IMG/VR virus record: IMGVR_UViG_3300032291_002123 | Span: 1 to 64,000 of that record | Source: a virus | Direction: 5' to 3' (one strand) | DNA: 64,000 bases | In this document: positions 57,649-64,000 of the stretch, piece after piece | Layout of the letters: each line of letters begins with the position of its first letter | How positions within the stretch are numbered: the stretch's first letter is position 1 | Position numbers and translations under genes: made by a program | Notes under the pieces: generated by a model | Database searches by the model: none | Seen by the model: the letters and a program-made list of their open reading frames with translations, nothing else | What the model was told of the DNA's origin: nothing

Positions 57649-58098
57649 CTAAAAGCCATTGTTTTTCGCACAGACAGGGCCGATACCCTCGGCAACGCTC
57701 TTAGGGTCTGTCAGGAAAATACCGCAGACACAGCACATACCTGTTTCCATACCAAAAGCCTTAGCCTGTTCCAGCGACATTTTGTGTTCTGGTTTTAGGC
57801 GATAGATAGCCCCAGCCTCATACTCGAAACCGCCCTCTAATGCGTTCAGTTTCTTAGCGTAAAGACGGCTACTCATTTTGCTCGGGTGAACTCGGTAGAT
57901 GTCGCCGTTCGGCATACGATACATACCAACCTCGCCGACAATTCCAGCAGCCCGAGGTGCTTTTAGTAGCGAACCGATTAGGTCGCTAGCGTCTTTCGAG
58001 GTGAGAACCTCAAAGTTGATTTCCTCGCCATTGTAGACACGCTCGGTTAGGAGTTTCTCGATGAACTCCACCTGTCGAACTGATACCTTGTTAGCCAT
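57649..58098 (-). CDS. DUF6011-like zinc-finger protein
   Basis: CCVCGIFLTDPKSVAEGIGPVCA. Confidence 0.7.
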   Translation of the reverse strand: MANKVSVRQVEFIEKLLTERVYNGEEINFEVLTSKDASDLIGSLLKAPRAAGIVGEVGMYRMPNGDIYRVHPSKMSSRLYAKKLNALEGGFEYEAGAIYRLKPEHKMSLEQAKAFGMETGMCCVCGIFLTDPKSVAEGIGPVCAKNNGF

Positions 58099-58125
58099 TT
58101 GCTATCCTCTCTCTCTTACAACTAA

Positions 58126-58155
58126 AAGATAGCACACCCCCCTGACATTTGTCAA
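58126..58155 (-). promoter_or_regulatory. Promoter with ATGTCAG element
   Basis: TTGACA-A-ATGTCAG-N10-TATCTT. Confidence 0.7.
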
Positions 58156-58218
58156 TTCCTATTAGGCGTGTCGCTTATGTAATTATTTTGCCAGGCGGTT
58201 GCTAGGCTGCCTCGCTCA

Positions 58219-58241
58219 AAGGGTGGGGCTTTTTCCACGCA
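58219..58241 (+). repeat. Bipartite motif copy 4
   Basis: aaggg tggggct ttttccacgca. Confidence 0.85.
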
Positions 58242-58280
58242 AAACCAGCCAAAAATAAAAGATAGTTAGCGTAAGTAATA

Positions 58281-58315
58281 AAAAAAGAACCTTGCCTCTC
58301 GGCAAAGTTCTTTTT
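58281..58315. terminator. Bidirectional intrinsic terminator
   Basis: AAAAAAGAACCTTGCC-TCTC-GGCAAAGTTCTTTTT. Confidence 0.7.
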
Positions 58316-58328
58316 CGTGTGGTTCGGT

Positions 58329-58616
58329 TTACTCCTGCGAAAGTCGCTCGTTCATTAGAGCCAAGACCTGTCGGCTGTGAGCCAGCACTTCGGTAAGCCT
58401 CTCGACCTCGCTGTGTATTTTTAGGTCAATCACCTTTTGGGATAACTTGACCAATCCCTCCATAATTTTTATCTGCTCTGCCATAGCCCATACGATAGCC
58501 TCTCGTGGTGCGTTGGCGATTGTGGTTTCCCACTCCTCAATCGAGGTTAGTTGTTTTGACATAACTTCCTTTGGTTGTTTCGGCAAGGGGGAGATGTTCT
58601 CAATCCCCCGAGCCAA
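58329..58616 (-). CDS. Hypothetical coiled-coil protein (likely start MSKQL at 58562)
   Basis: ORF with AAGGA RBS before MSKQL. Confidence 0.55.
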   Translation of the reverse strand: MARGIENISPLPKQPKEVMSKQLTSIEEWETTIANAPREAIVWAMAEQIKIMEGLVKLSQKVIDLKIHSEVERLTEVLAHSRQVLALMNERLSQE

Positions 58617-58622
58617 GTTTTT

Positions 58623-58832
58623 TTATTTAGCGTTTGCCCAAGCAATCGCTTTGTTGATTAGAGGTAGGCAAGCCATAAAGACCAGCCAAGAGAAATACAT
58701 CACGAGCAGGTTATCCCACACGCCAGCACTTCCCGGTTCCGCACCCAGAGCCATTAGCAATAGGTTTAGAACGACATAAGCCAGAAAAATTACAGGAAAG
58801 AAAATCGTTCCTCGAACTAATCGCTTTATCAT
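58623..58832 (-). CDS. Small membrane protein
   Basis: Two hydrophobic segments; AAAGGA RBS. Confidence 0.65.
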   Translation of the reverse strand: MIKRLVRGTIFFPVIFLAYVVLNLLLMALGAEPGSAGVWDNLLVMYFSWLVFMACLPLINKAIAWANAK

Positions 58833-58853
58833 TTTTGTCCTTTCGACATTTCT

Positions 58854-58882
58854 AAGGTATCAAACCACTCGGCTTTTGTCAA
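58854..58882 (-). promoter_or_regulatory. SigA-type promoter
   Basis: TTGACA-N17-TACCTT. Confidence 0.65.
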
Positions 58883-59163
58883 GCGTTGTAGTAAGACCAA
58901 TTTCGGTGGATTTCCTCTTGCTCGTATTCACGAATACATCTCGCACAATGTTGCTCGTCGTCTTTCGTGCTGAAAGCAATTTCCTCACCGCAGTTCGCAC
59001 AGCCCATTTCGGTAGGCGTAGGTTCGTGAGGTGCGTTTCCGTCTGCCTCCTCACAGATTGTTTCGTCGCCCCACACCTTGTCGCTAATCCAAATGCTCGG
59101 CGATACTTCTGTGATTACCTCTCCACAATGTAGGCACTCGTTTTTCTTGGTCATAGTTATCAT
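58879..59163 (-). CDS. Cys-rich zinc-finger protein
   Basis: CLHC, CANC and CARC motifs. Confidence 0.6.
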   Translation of the reverse strand: MITMTKKNECLHCGEVITEVSPSIWISDKVWGDETICEEADGNAPHEPTPTEMGCANCGEEIAFSTKDDEQHCARCIREYEQEEIHRNWSYYNA

Positions 59164-59184
59164 CTCCTAATTTCTAAGGTAGCA

Positions 59185-59472
59185 CTACCTACTGACATAC
59201 TCGGTTTCCAATACTTCTGTTAGTAGTCGGTCATAGTCGTATTCACCCAAACGGAAACCAGCCTCGACAATAATCTCTGCCAACTTCACGCCCAAGCCAT
59301 CTGCGACAGATTGGATTACTTCGCTCGACATCTCTTTTACGCCACGCTCTACTTCGCTTAGGTAGCCGATAGAGACATTTGATTTGGCGGATAGTTGTCT
59401 TAGTGTCCAGCCTCTCTGCGTTCGTAGGTCTCGAACTACATCACCTACGGCAACTCGCAACATCACGACCAA
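59185..59472 (-). CDS. XRE-family HTH regulator, ClgR-like
   Basis: LRVAVGDVVRDLRTQRGWTLRQLS..SNVSIGYLSEVERGVKEMSSE closely follows the actinobacterial ClgR pattern. Confidence 0.75.
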   Translation of the reverse strand: MVVMLRVAVGDVVRDLRTQRGWTLRQLSAKSNVSIGYLSEVERGVKEMSSEVIQSVADGLGVKLAEIIVEAGFRLGEYDYDRLLTEVLETEYVSR

Positions 59473-59870
59473 ACACCAGCCAAATACTTTTCGGCGGCTA
59501 GGTTTGCCTTTTCAGCAAAATCGATTGCCACATCTAGTTCGTGAAAAGGTTCGCTGAACCACTCGGTATCTGTTTCGTGTAGAACTACGAACCAAGAATT
59601 ATTTACCCAACAAAAAACTTCCTCGTCTTTGCCAGACCAATCGCTAAGTTCCTTGTCGGTCTTGATACCGAACTCCTCTAACTTATCGGTGTAGCGGATT
59701 ACTTCGTCGTGTCCATTTTTATTCACAGCGTTGATACGCATTTCACCCTCACGATAAACCGCAAAAGGATTGTCCTCGCTTGACCACACCAATTCAGTTC
59801 CAACTTCGTTGGTGTAGAACGCACTATCCTGTCGCTTTGGGTCAGTTCCGTATTTCGTCAGTTTTGTCAT
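59463..59870 (-). CDS. Hypothetical protein
   Basis: 135 aa with AGGAG RBS. Confidence 0.7.
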   Translation of the reverse strand: MTKLTKYGTDPKRQDSAFYTNEVGTELVWSSEDNPFAVYREGEMRINAVNKNGHDEVIRYTDKLEEFGIKTDKELSDWSGKDEEVFCWVNNSWFVVLHETDTEWFSEPFHELDVAIDFAEKANLAAEKYLAGVWS

Positions 59871-59884
59871 TTTGTTTTTTCTCC

Positions 59885-60169
59885 TTATAGATAGAACTTG
59901 TCGTCAAACTTTTGCGAGGATAAAAGTCGAAACTCCACTAACTTTTTTCCATTTAGTTTTGACCGAACGATTTTTTTCTCTGCGTGTTTCTGCGTGTTGG
60001 CGATAAGCGATACTTGTCGTATTCGTGGAACGCCGATGATTTCGTAGGTGTAGAGGTTAGCCACTATTGATACCCCTCTCGGTGAAAATCTCCAAGTGAT
60101 AGTTCTCCAAGAGGATTGACGCAGGGGCTTGGTTAGAGCCAGCAACGCTGTATCCACTCGGCAACTCAA
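59885..60169 (-). CDS. Hypothetical basic protein (real start probably near 60064)
   Basis: Upstream part overlaps the next ORF. Confidence 0.45.
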   Translation of the reverse strand: MSCRVDTALLALTKPLRQSSWRTITWRFSPRGVSIVANLYTYEIIGVPRIRQVSLIANTQKHAEKKIVRSKLNGKKLVEFRLLSSQKFDDKFYL

Positions 60170-60335
60170 TCAACGCCTCTGGGTTGCCAGCGATAGTTTC
60201 CTCAACTGCTTTTAGGCAAGCAGGGTAGAGAACCTCGTTGATTGGCTCATAGAAATTGGTTGATAGGTGTAGCGAGATTTTCTTGTCTAATGGCAAATCG
60301 CTAGTTGCTATGCCTATGGCATTTATCAATCCCAT
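60057..60335 (-). CDS. Hypothetical protein
   Basis: 92 aa with AAAGGA RBS. Confidence 0.65.
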   Translation of the reverse strand: MGLINAIGIATSDLPLDKKISLHLSTNFYEPINEVLYPACLKAVEETIAGNPEALIELPSGYSVAGSNQAPASILLENYHLEIFTERGINSG

Positions 60336-60383
60336 AATTGTCCTTTCGTCTTTTTCATCTCTTACCTAATTAGGTTATCAGGT

Positions 60384-60602
60384 TTATTGCTCTGTGTCAA
60401 TCTCGGTAGAGTTCGGCACTTGTCCTACAAAGGTCAGCATAGGACCTGCGTAGGTTGGGTCGTTCACGAGGTTCGAGAAATACGACACGAGTTCCTTAGA
60501 ACTCTCTGCCACAAACTTGACGGCACTCGCCTCGTCTGTGATTGTGCCAGACTTCTCGACCTCGAATACGAACTCGACATTTACTTTGTAAGTTTCAGCC
60601 AT
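60384..60602 (-). CDS. Hypothetical protein
   Basis: 72 aa with AGGA RBS. Confidence 0.6.
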   Translation of the reverse strand: MAETYKVNVEFVFEVEKSGTITDEASAVKFVAESSKELVSYFSNLVNDPTYAGPMLTFVGQVPNSTEIDTEQ

Positions 60603-60645
60603 TTTATTTCCTGCTTTCAGTTGGTTCTATTTTACACCAACTGCC

Positions 60646-61128
60646 TTATGTGATTAGTGAGTTTAGGTGAATACGAGCATCAAGGTAGATGTCCTCGTTT
60701 TCTCCTTCTCCAACGCTCTCCCACTCCTCGCTTTCCTTGTTCCAAACATCAGCACTACCAAACAAAGCCTCTGCTCTGTCGTCGTCTAGGAAAGTAATAG
60801 TTGGCTTGCCGTTGTTCATCTCTACCGCAACCACGAAATAAACCTGCTTGGTGTCTGGGAAATCCATACCAAACAGACTTTCGAGGCTGTCGTATTGGTC
60901 AAGATTTTCATCAAGCCACTCCTCGAACTCCTTGGTGTATTCGGTATCGGTGATTAGCCAATTACCATCATTGTAAGAATTATCCTTGCTCAATTCCAGC
61001 CATTGTTTAGTTCCTCGCCAGAGGAACGCAACACTTCGCTTTTGATTGTCGGCGTAGTCCTCAACGCTTTTGATTTCTACATCTGGGATAAATGCGTTGT
61101 TGGGTGTTGCGTAAATGTCGTATGTCAT
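60646..61128 (-). CDS. Hypothetical acidic protein
   Basis: 160 aa, coupled to the upstream ORF. Confidence 0.65.
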   Translation of the reverse strand: MTYDIYATPNNAFIPDVEIKSVEDYADNQKRSVAFLWRGTKQWLELSKDNSYNDGNWLITDTEYTKEFEEWLDENLDQYDSLESLFGMDFPDTKQVYFVVAVEMNNGKPTITFLDDDRAEALFGSADVWNKESEEWESVGEGENEDIYLDARIHLNSLIT

Positions 61129-61322
61129 CAGTACTCCTTCTGTTCGATTGTTTCCGTGCCACCAAGAAACTCGAAGTCGTCTTGGTCGTGTTTTAGTAGA
61201 ACCATACCGAAATCGGCTAGGTCAGCATTTCCAAAGAAAATGTGGAAGTGATTGAGAGCAACTCGTGGGTCGTCTGCCTCAACTTCATACTGCTCTGTTT
61301 TTGTAATTACAAATGTCGCCAT
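61128..61322 (-). CDS. Hypothetical protein
   Basis: 64 aa with AAAGGA RBS. Confidence 0.6.
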   Translation of the reverse strand: MATFVITKTEQYEVEADDPRVALNHFHIFFGNADLADFGMVLLKHDQDDFEFLGGTETIEQKEY

Positions 61323-61351
61323 TGTTATCGTGTCCTTTCCTTGACATTTCT

Positions 61352-61380
61352 AGGTTAGCAAATTATGTGCGATAAGTCAA
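61352..61380 (-). promoter_or_regulatory. SigA-type promoter
   Basis: TTGACT-N17-TAACCT. Confidence 0.65.
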
Positions 61381-61382
61381 TC

Positions 61383-61655
61383 TTATTTACGGCGTGGTCT
61401 GCCACGACCAGCCTTGATGTTTCGGCAGATTATCTCGGCTCGTGGTGCGAACCACTTGTCGAGTTCCTCTGGGTCAAAGAGAATAACATTGTTAGTAGTT
61501 CGAGCGACTTCCTTTGGTCTGGTAGTCGAGTTCTCGTCATAGTTCACAAAGTAGAGAACTCTCGCAGCACTAATGTCGTATTTCTTGGCGAGGTCTTTGT
61601 AAGACCAGAGTTGCTTTCCATCTAGGAAATAAGTAATTCGTTTTTCGAGTTTCAT
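61383..61655 (-). CDS. Putative DNA-binding protein (HTH/excisionase-like) with C-terminal AT-hook
   Basis: Start MKLEKR after AAAGGA; WSYKDLAKKYDIS..LFDPEELDKWF; GRGRPRRK. Confidence 0.6.
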   Translation of the reverse strand: MKLEKRITYFLDGKQLWSYKDLAKKYDISAARVLYFVNYDENSTTRPKEVARTTNNVILFDPEELDKWFAPRAEIICRNIKAGRGRPRRK

Positions 61656-61677
61656 TTGTATCCTTTCTACATTACAG

Positions 61678-61707
61678 AGTATGCCACACACCCCTGACAT
61701 TTGTCAA
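61678..61707 (-). promoter_or_regulatory. Promoter with ATGTCAG element
   Basis: TTGACA-A-ATGTCAG-N10-CATACT. Confidence 0.7.
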
Positions 61708-61712
61708 ACTCA

Positions 61713-61735
61713 AAGGGTAGCGAGTTTTCCACGCA
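61713..61735 (+). repeat. Bipartite motif copy 5
   Basis: aaggg tagcgag ttttccacgca, followed by a partial TCCACGCA. Confidence 0.85.
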
Positions 61736-61760
61736 AATCCACGCAAAAAAAATAAAGCAT

Positions 61761-61789
61761 AAAAAAGCACCCCGACTTTCGTCGGGGTG
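61761..61789 (-). terminator. Intrinsic terminator
   Basis: CACCCCGAC-TTTC-GTCGGGGTG with a U-tract on the minus strand. Confidence 0.75.
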
Positions 61790-61803
61790 GGAAGCGACTT
61801 ATC

Positions 61804-62127
61804 TCACTTTACGAGAGAAATAAAGTCGTAAGGGTTCTCATACGAAGCGGCTTCAAACGCTTCTGGGAACGCACTTTTCAGCACATCACGCTTCAAATCG
61901 ACACGGCTTCTGCGCTCAATCTTGAACGCTGGAACACCGCCGACATTAGCGAACTCCGCTTTTCCAATCGCAGAACGGAGAACCTGTTCAGCAACAGCCT
62001 TGCGAGCCTTTGCTTCCTTTTCCGCATTTGCGGCTTCGGCAAAGTCAGCAATCGCCTTGCGAACTTCGGGGTTGAACCCAACTTCAACCGAACTTCCTGG
62101 AACAAAAGCAACTAATACTTTCGACAT
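61804..62127 (-). CDS. Hypothetical protein (likely start MSKVLV)
   Basis: AAAGGAG RBS before MSKVLV; the longer ORF call overlaps a promoter. Confidence 0.6.
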   Translation of the reverse strand: MSKVLVAFVPGSSVEVGFNPEVRKAIADFAEAANAEKEAKARKAVAEQVLRSAIGKAEFANVGGVPAFKIERRSRVDLKRDVLKSAFPEAFEAASYENPYDFISLVK

Positions 62128-62164
62128 CTTTATCAACTCCTTTCCGTGGGACCCCCACATTTTT

Positions 62165-62194
62165 ATTATGTCATAGACCCCTGACATTAGTCAA
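62165..62194 (-). promoter_or_regulatory. Promoter with ATGTCAG element
   Basis: TTGACT-A-ATGTCAG-N10-CATAAT. Confidence 0.7.
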
Positions 62195-62344
62195 GTCTAT
62201 CGCTCGTTGTCTTTTGCGACAGCGATTTGGATTTCGATTAGGGCTTCCTCGGCGTTTATCTCTCGTGCTTCAAATCGGTCAAGGATTGCCACAAACTCGG
62301 CAGCAAGTAGTTCGTTCATTTTTCATCACCTCTCTTACAAAGAA

Positions 62345-62367
62345 AGTATCGCACCACCCCCTGACAT
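62345..62367 (-). promoter_or_regulatory. ATGTCAG-N10-GATACT promoter with poor -35
   Basis: Same spacing as the other copies. Confidence 0.55.
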
Positions 62368-62380
62368 AAACAATTTTTAG

Positions 62381-62403
62381 AAGGGTAAGGGATTTTCCAC
62401 GCA
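62381..62403 (+). repeat. Bipartite motif copy 6
   Basis: aaggg taaggga ttttccacgca. Confidence 0.85.
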
Positions 62404-62412
62404 AATCCAGGC

Positions 62413-62442
62413 AAAAAAGAAACCCCGTGCTTTCACACGGGG
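62413..62442 (-). terminator. Intrinsic terminator after NlpC/P60 gene
   Basis: CCCCGTG-N6-CACGGGG with a U-tract on the minus strand. Confidence 0.7.
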
Positions 62443-62455
62443 CTTCCTTTTGTGG

Positions 62456-63061
62456 CTAGTTCGTCTGTTCTATCAGCCGAACAAATGTTGCGGTGCTGTG
62501 TCGAAACGACGGGTCATCGAGCGAGATTATGGAAGTGCTTGTGCCTTTCCTAAATCCTGCGTGTATGACCTTGTTATCTCCAATGTAGATAGACGAGTGA
62601 TAGTAGGACTTCGACCCTTTGTAGCCGAATACCACTATGTCGCCAATCGCCGGGGTTCTCACCTTTGTTCCCGAATTGCCTTGCTTATTGGCTGAGTGTT
62701 CCACAGGAACTCCCAACTGCCCATAAGCCCAATAGACCATACCCGAGCAATCCCAGCCCTGCGGTGTGTGTCCTGAAAATACATACCAAGTCTTTCCAAC
62801 TCGGCTTTTCAGTTGTTTCACCACAGACAGAACTCTTTCGGTATTGTCTGCTAGTCGCTCTGCTCTCCGCACTTCCAACTCCAACAATGTCTGTGGGTGT
62901 TTTGGTTTGTCAAACAGATTGGCTAGATTTACTTGCTTATGAGCAACAGGAGTTTCCATACTCCTTGTCGCTCTGTCGCTTGCGCTCGCATTTTCTCCAT
63001 ACGGAAAACTTCCCGTAGTCATAGAGATAATGACAAGTCCTATTGCTAGCAACCATTTCAT
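62456..63061 (-). CDS. Secreted NlpC/P60 cell-wall peptidase
   Basis: Signal peptide MKWLLAIGLVII; YVFSG..GWDCSG..GDIVVF..HSSIYIG..VIHA. Confidence 0.9.
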   Translation of the reverse strand: MKWLLAIGLVIISMTTGSFPYGENASASDRATRSMETPVAHKQVNLANLFDKPKHPQTLLELEVRRAERLADNTERVLSVVKQLKSRVGKTWYVFSGHTPQGWDCSGMVYWAYGQLGVPVEHSANKQGNSGTKVRTPAIGDIVVFGYKGSKSYYHSSIYIGDNKVIHAGFRKGTSTSIISLDDPSFRHSTATFVRLIEQTN

Positions 63062-63213
63062 AGTCAGCCTACCTTTCCTTGCGTTAGTACTTGGCTGTGT
63101 TTTGTCTTGGTTCTCCCAAATCGGTATTCAGTTGTGTTCCAATTCTACACCCAAAACGACTTGACAAACAAGATAGTATGTGAAAGATTGTCGTCCTGGA
63201 ACATTGGCTAAAT

Positions 63214-63236
63214 TGCGTGGAAAATAAAGCACCCTT
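63214..63236 (-). repeat. Bipartite motif copy 7
   Basis: Plus strand tgcgtggaaaa taaagca ccctt. Confidence 0.85.
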
Positions 63237-63245
63237 GTAAAAATC

Positions 63246-63268
63246 ACCCCCGAGCGTGTGTCGGGGGT
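63246..63268 (-). terminator. Terminator-like hairpin
   Basis: ACCCCCGA-N7-TCGGGGGT. Confidence 0.6.
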
Positions 63269-63273
63269 TGGGG

Positions 63274-63471
63274 TTATACTTCTTTTTCTTTTTTGATTTT
63301 TTCGATTGTCTTTTCCAATCCGTGTTTCTCAATCTCACGGAGAACATAATCAACTCCGTCGTTCCAACCCTGACAAAACATTTCATAGTTCTTTTGTCGT
63401 ACTGGGTCTGCGTATAGCGGTATGGTTTTCTTTTCGCTCACTTGTCTATTCCTTTCACTTTTAGTATCCAA
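63274..63471 (-). CDS. Hypothetical protein (start uncertain)
   Basis: Short ORF in the minus-strand operon. Confidence 0.5.
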   Translation of the reverse strand: MDTKSERNRQVSEKKTIPLYADPVRQKNYEMFCQGWNDGVDYVLREIEKHGLEKTIEKIKKEKEV

Positions 63472-63659
63472 TCAAGCACTTCGCCAAAGAAATACCTTTG
63501 GGGGCTTGGTATCGGTAATGGCTTTGGAAAGCCGGGGTCGTCTTTGTATTTCAGTAGAAAACTCGGCGACACTTTTACGGCGTAGAACTTCCTTGTGTAA
63601 TGAGCAATCAAGTTCAGGCTCATAAGAGTTCCACGCCACTCGTCGTTTGGTTTTTCCAT
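63438..63659 (-). CDS. Hypothetical protein, possibly AlpA/excisionase-like
   Basis: DPGFPKP..RYFFGEVLDWI; AGGAG RBS. Confidence 0.5.
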   Translation of the reverse strand: MEKPNDEWRGTLMSLNLIAHYTRKFYAVKVSPSFLLKYKDDPGFPKPLPIPSPQRYFFGEVLDWILKVKGIDK

Positions 63660-63680
63660 TGGAAACCAACTCCTAACTAA

Positions 63681-63842
63681 CTACTGAAAACGAACTTTAT
63701 TTACGAACTGCTTTGCGAAAGCAACGAACTTCTTGACCAACTTCTCGCCGAACTCGTAAACCTTGTCGCCGGGAGATTTGTAGAAACCAACTTCTGCTTG
63801 TTCAGCAGCCAAGAACTCAGCACCAGAGCGATAAACACCCAT
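63681..63842 (-). CDS. Small hypothetical protein (53 aa, below ORF-track cutoff)
   Basis: MGVYRSGAEFLAAEQAEVGFYKSPGDKVYEFGEKLVKKFVAFAKQFVNKVRFQ; AAAGGTGG RBS; promoter upstream. Confidence 0.55.
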   Translation of the reverse strand: MGVYRSGAEFLAAEQAEVGFYKSPGDKVYEFGEKLVKKFVAFAKQFVNKVRFQ

Positions 63843-63872
63843 AACCAATCACCACCTTTCCCTTACATACAA

Positions 63873-63902
63873 AGTATGACATAGACCTACGACATTTGTC
63901 AA
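63873..63902 (-). promoter_or_regulatory. Promoter with variant ATGTCGT element
   Basis: TTGACA-A-ATGTCGT-N10-CATACT. Confidence 0.7.
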
Positions 63903-63942
63903 GTCCTGAGCAAACTATTTTTCCGTGTCGTTTCGGCGCTCG

Positions 63943-63965
63943 CTTATACCACCACCCCCTGACAT
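63943..63965 (-). promoter_or_regulatory. ATGTCAG-N10-TATAAG promoter-like element
   Basis: Same spacing; no canonical -35. Confidence 0.5.
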
Positions 63966-64000
63966 CAACTAATCTGTCGCATAAGAAATAACCCCACTAA

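Noticed and set aside
63062-63230. c-di-AMP (ydaO) riboswitch before NlpC/P60, and ORF 63084..63386
   Set aside because: The leader is too short and I could not find ydaO consensus elements; the ORF crosses a terminator, the bipartite motif and a promoter.
53913-63236. TTTTCCACG as DnaA boxes / replication origin
   Set aside because: It always ends in CGCA rather than CA, has an extra invariant AAGGG half, and is dispersed rather than clustered.
1-64000. tRNA/rRNA genes, integrase, transposase or att sites
   Set aside because: None was recognisable in this window, so lifestyle cannot be settled from this segment alone.

Overview
This is a 64-kb segment of a large tailed dsDNA phage with a siphovirus-type gene set. 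The host is most likely an Actinobacterium, judging by a ClgR-like HTH, an actinophage-type capsid/protease pair and TANNNT/leaderless promoters. Almost every gene is on the minus strand. Reading right to left: (1) an early/accessory region (about 52.4-64 kb) of small genes, an HDAC-family deacetylase and an NlpC/P60 hydrolase, with many strong promoters and terminators; (2) the large terminase; (3) a plus-strand dual-specificity phosphatase; (4) a non-coding segment (49.7-50.4 kb) that probably holds the physical genome end; (5) portal, Dps, two giant multi-enzyme proteins (2976 and 3866 aa) each followed by small immunity-like genes, a 1737-aa two-protease head protein, two capsid proteins, then tail tube, neck, chaperones, tape measure, Dit and a >1900-aa tail hub protein that runs off the left edge. 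The most notable observation is that the two giant head-region proteins look like polyproteins: their enzyme modules (6+1 GNAT, zincin, ART-like, HipA/PI3K-like kinase, zeta-like kinase, two RelA/SpoT-like synthetases) are separated by a 13-fold repeated EDLG motif. Also notable are a sharp boundary at about 49.86 kb beyond which several restriction-type sites vanish, and two fixed-spacing DNA motifs in the early region (AAGGG-N7-TTTTCCACGCA x7; ATGTCAG-N10-[-10 box] x8). All domain calls come from reading motifs by eye; no database searches were run.
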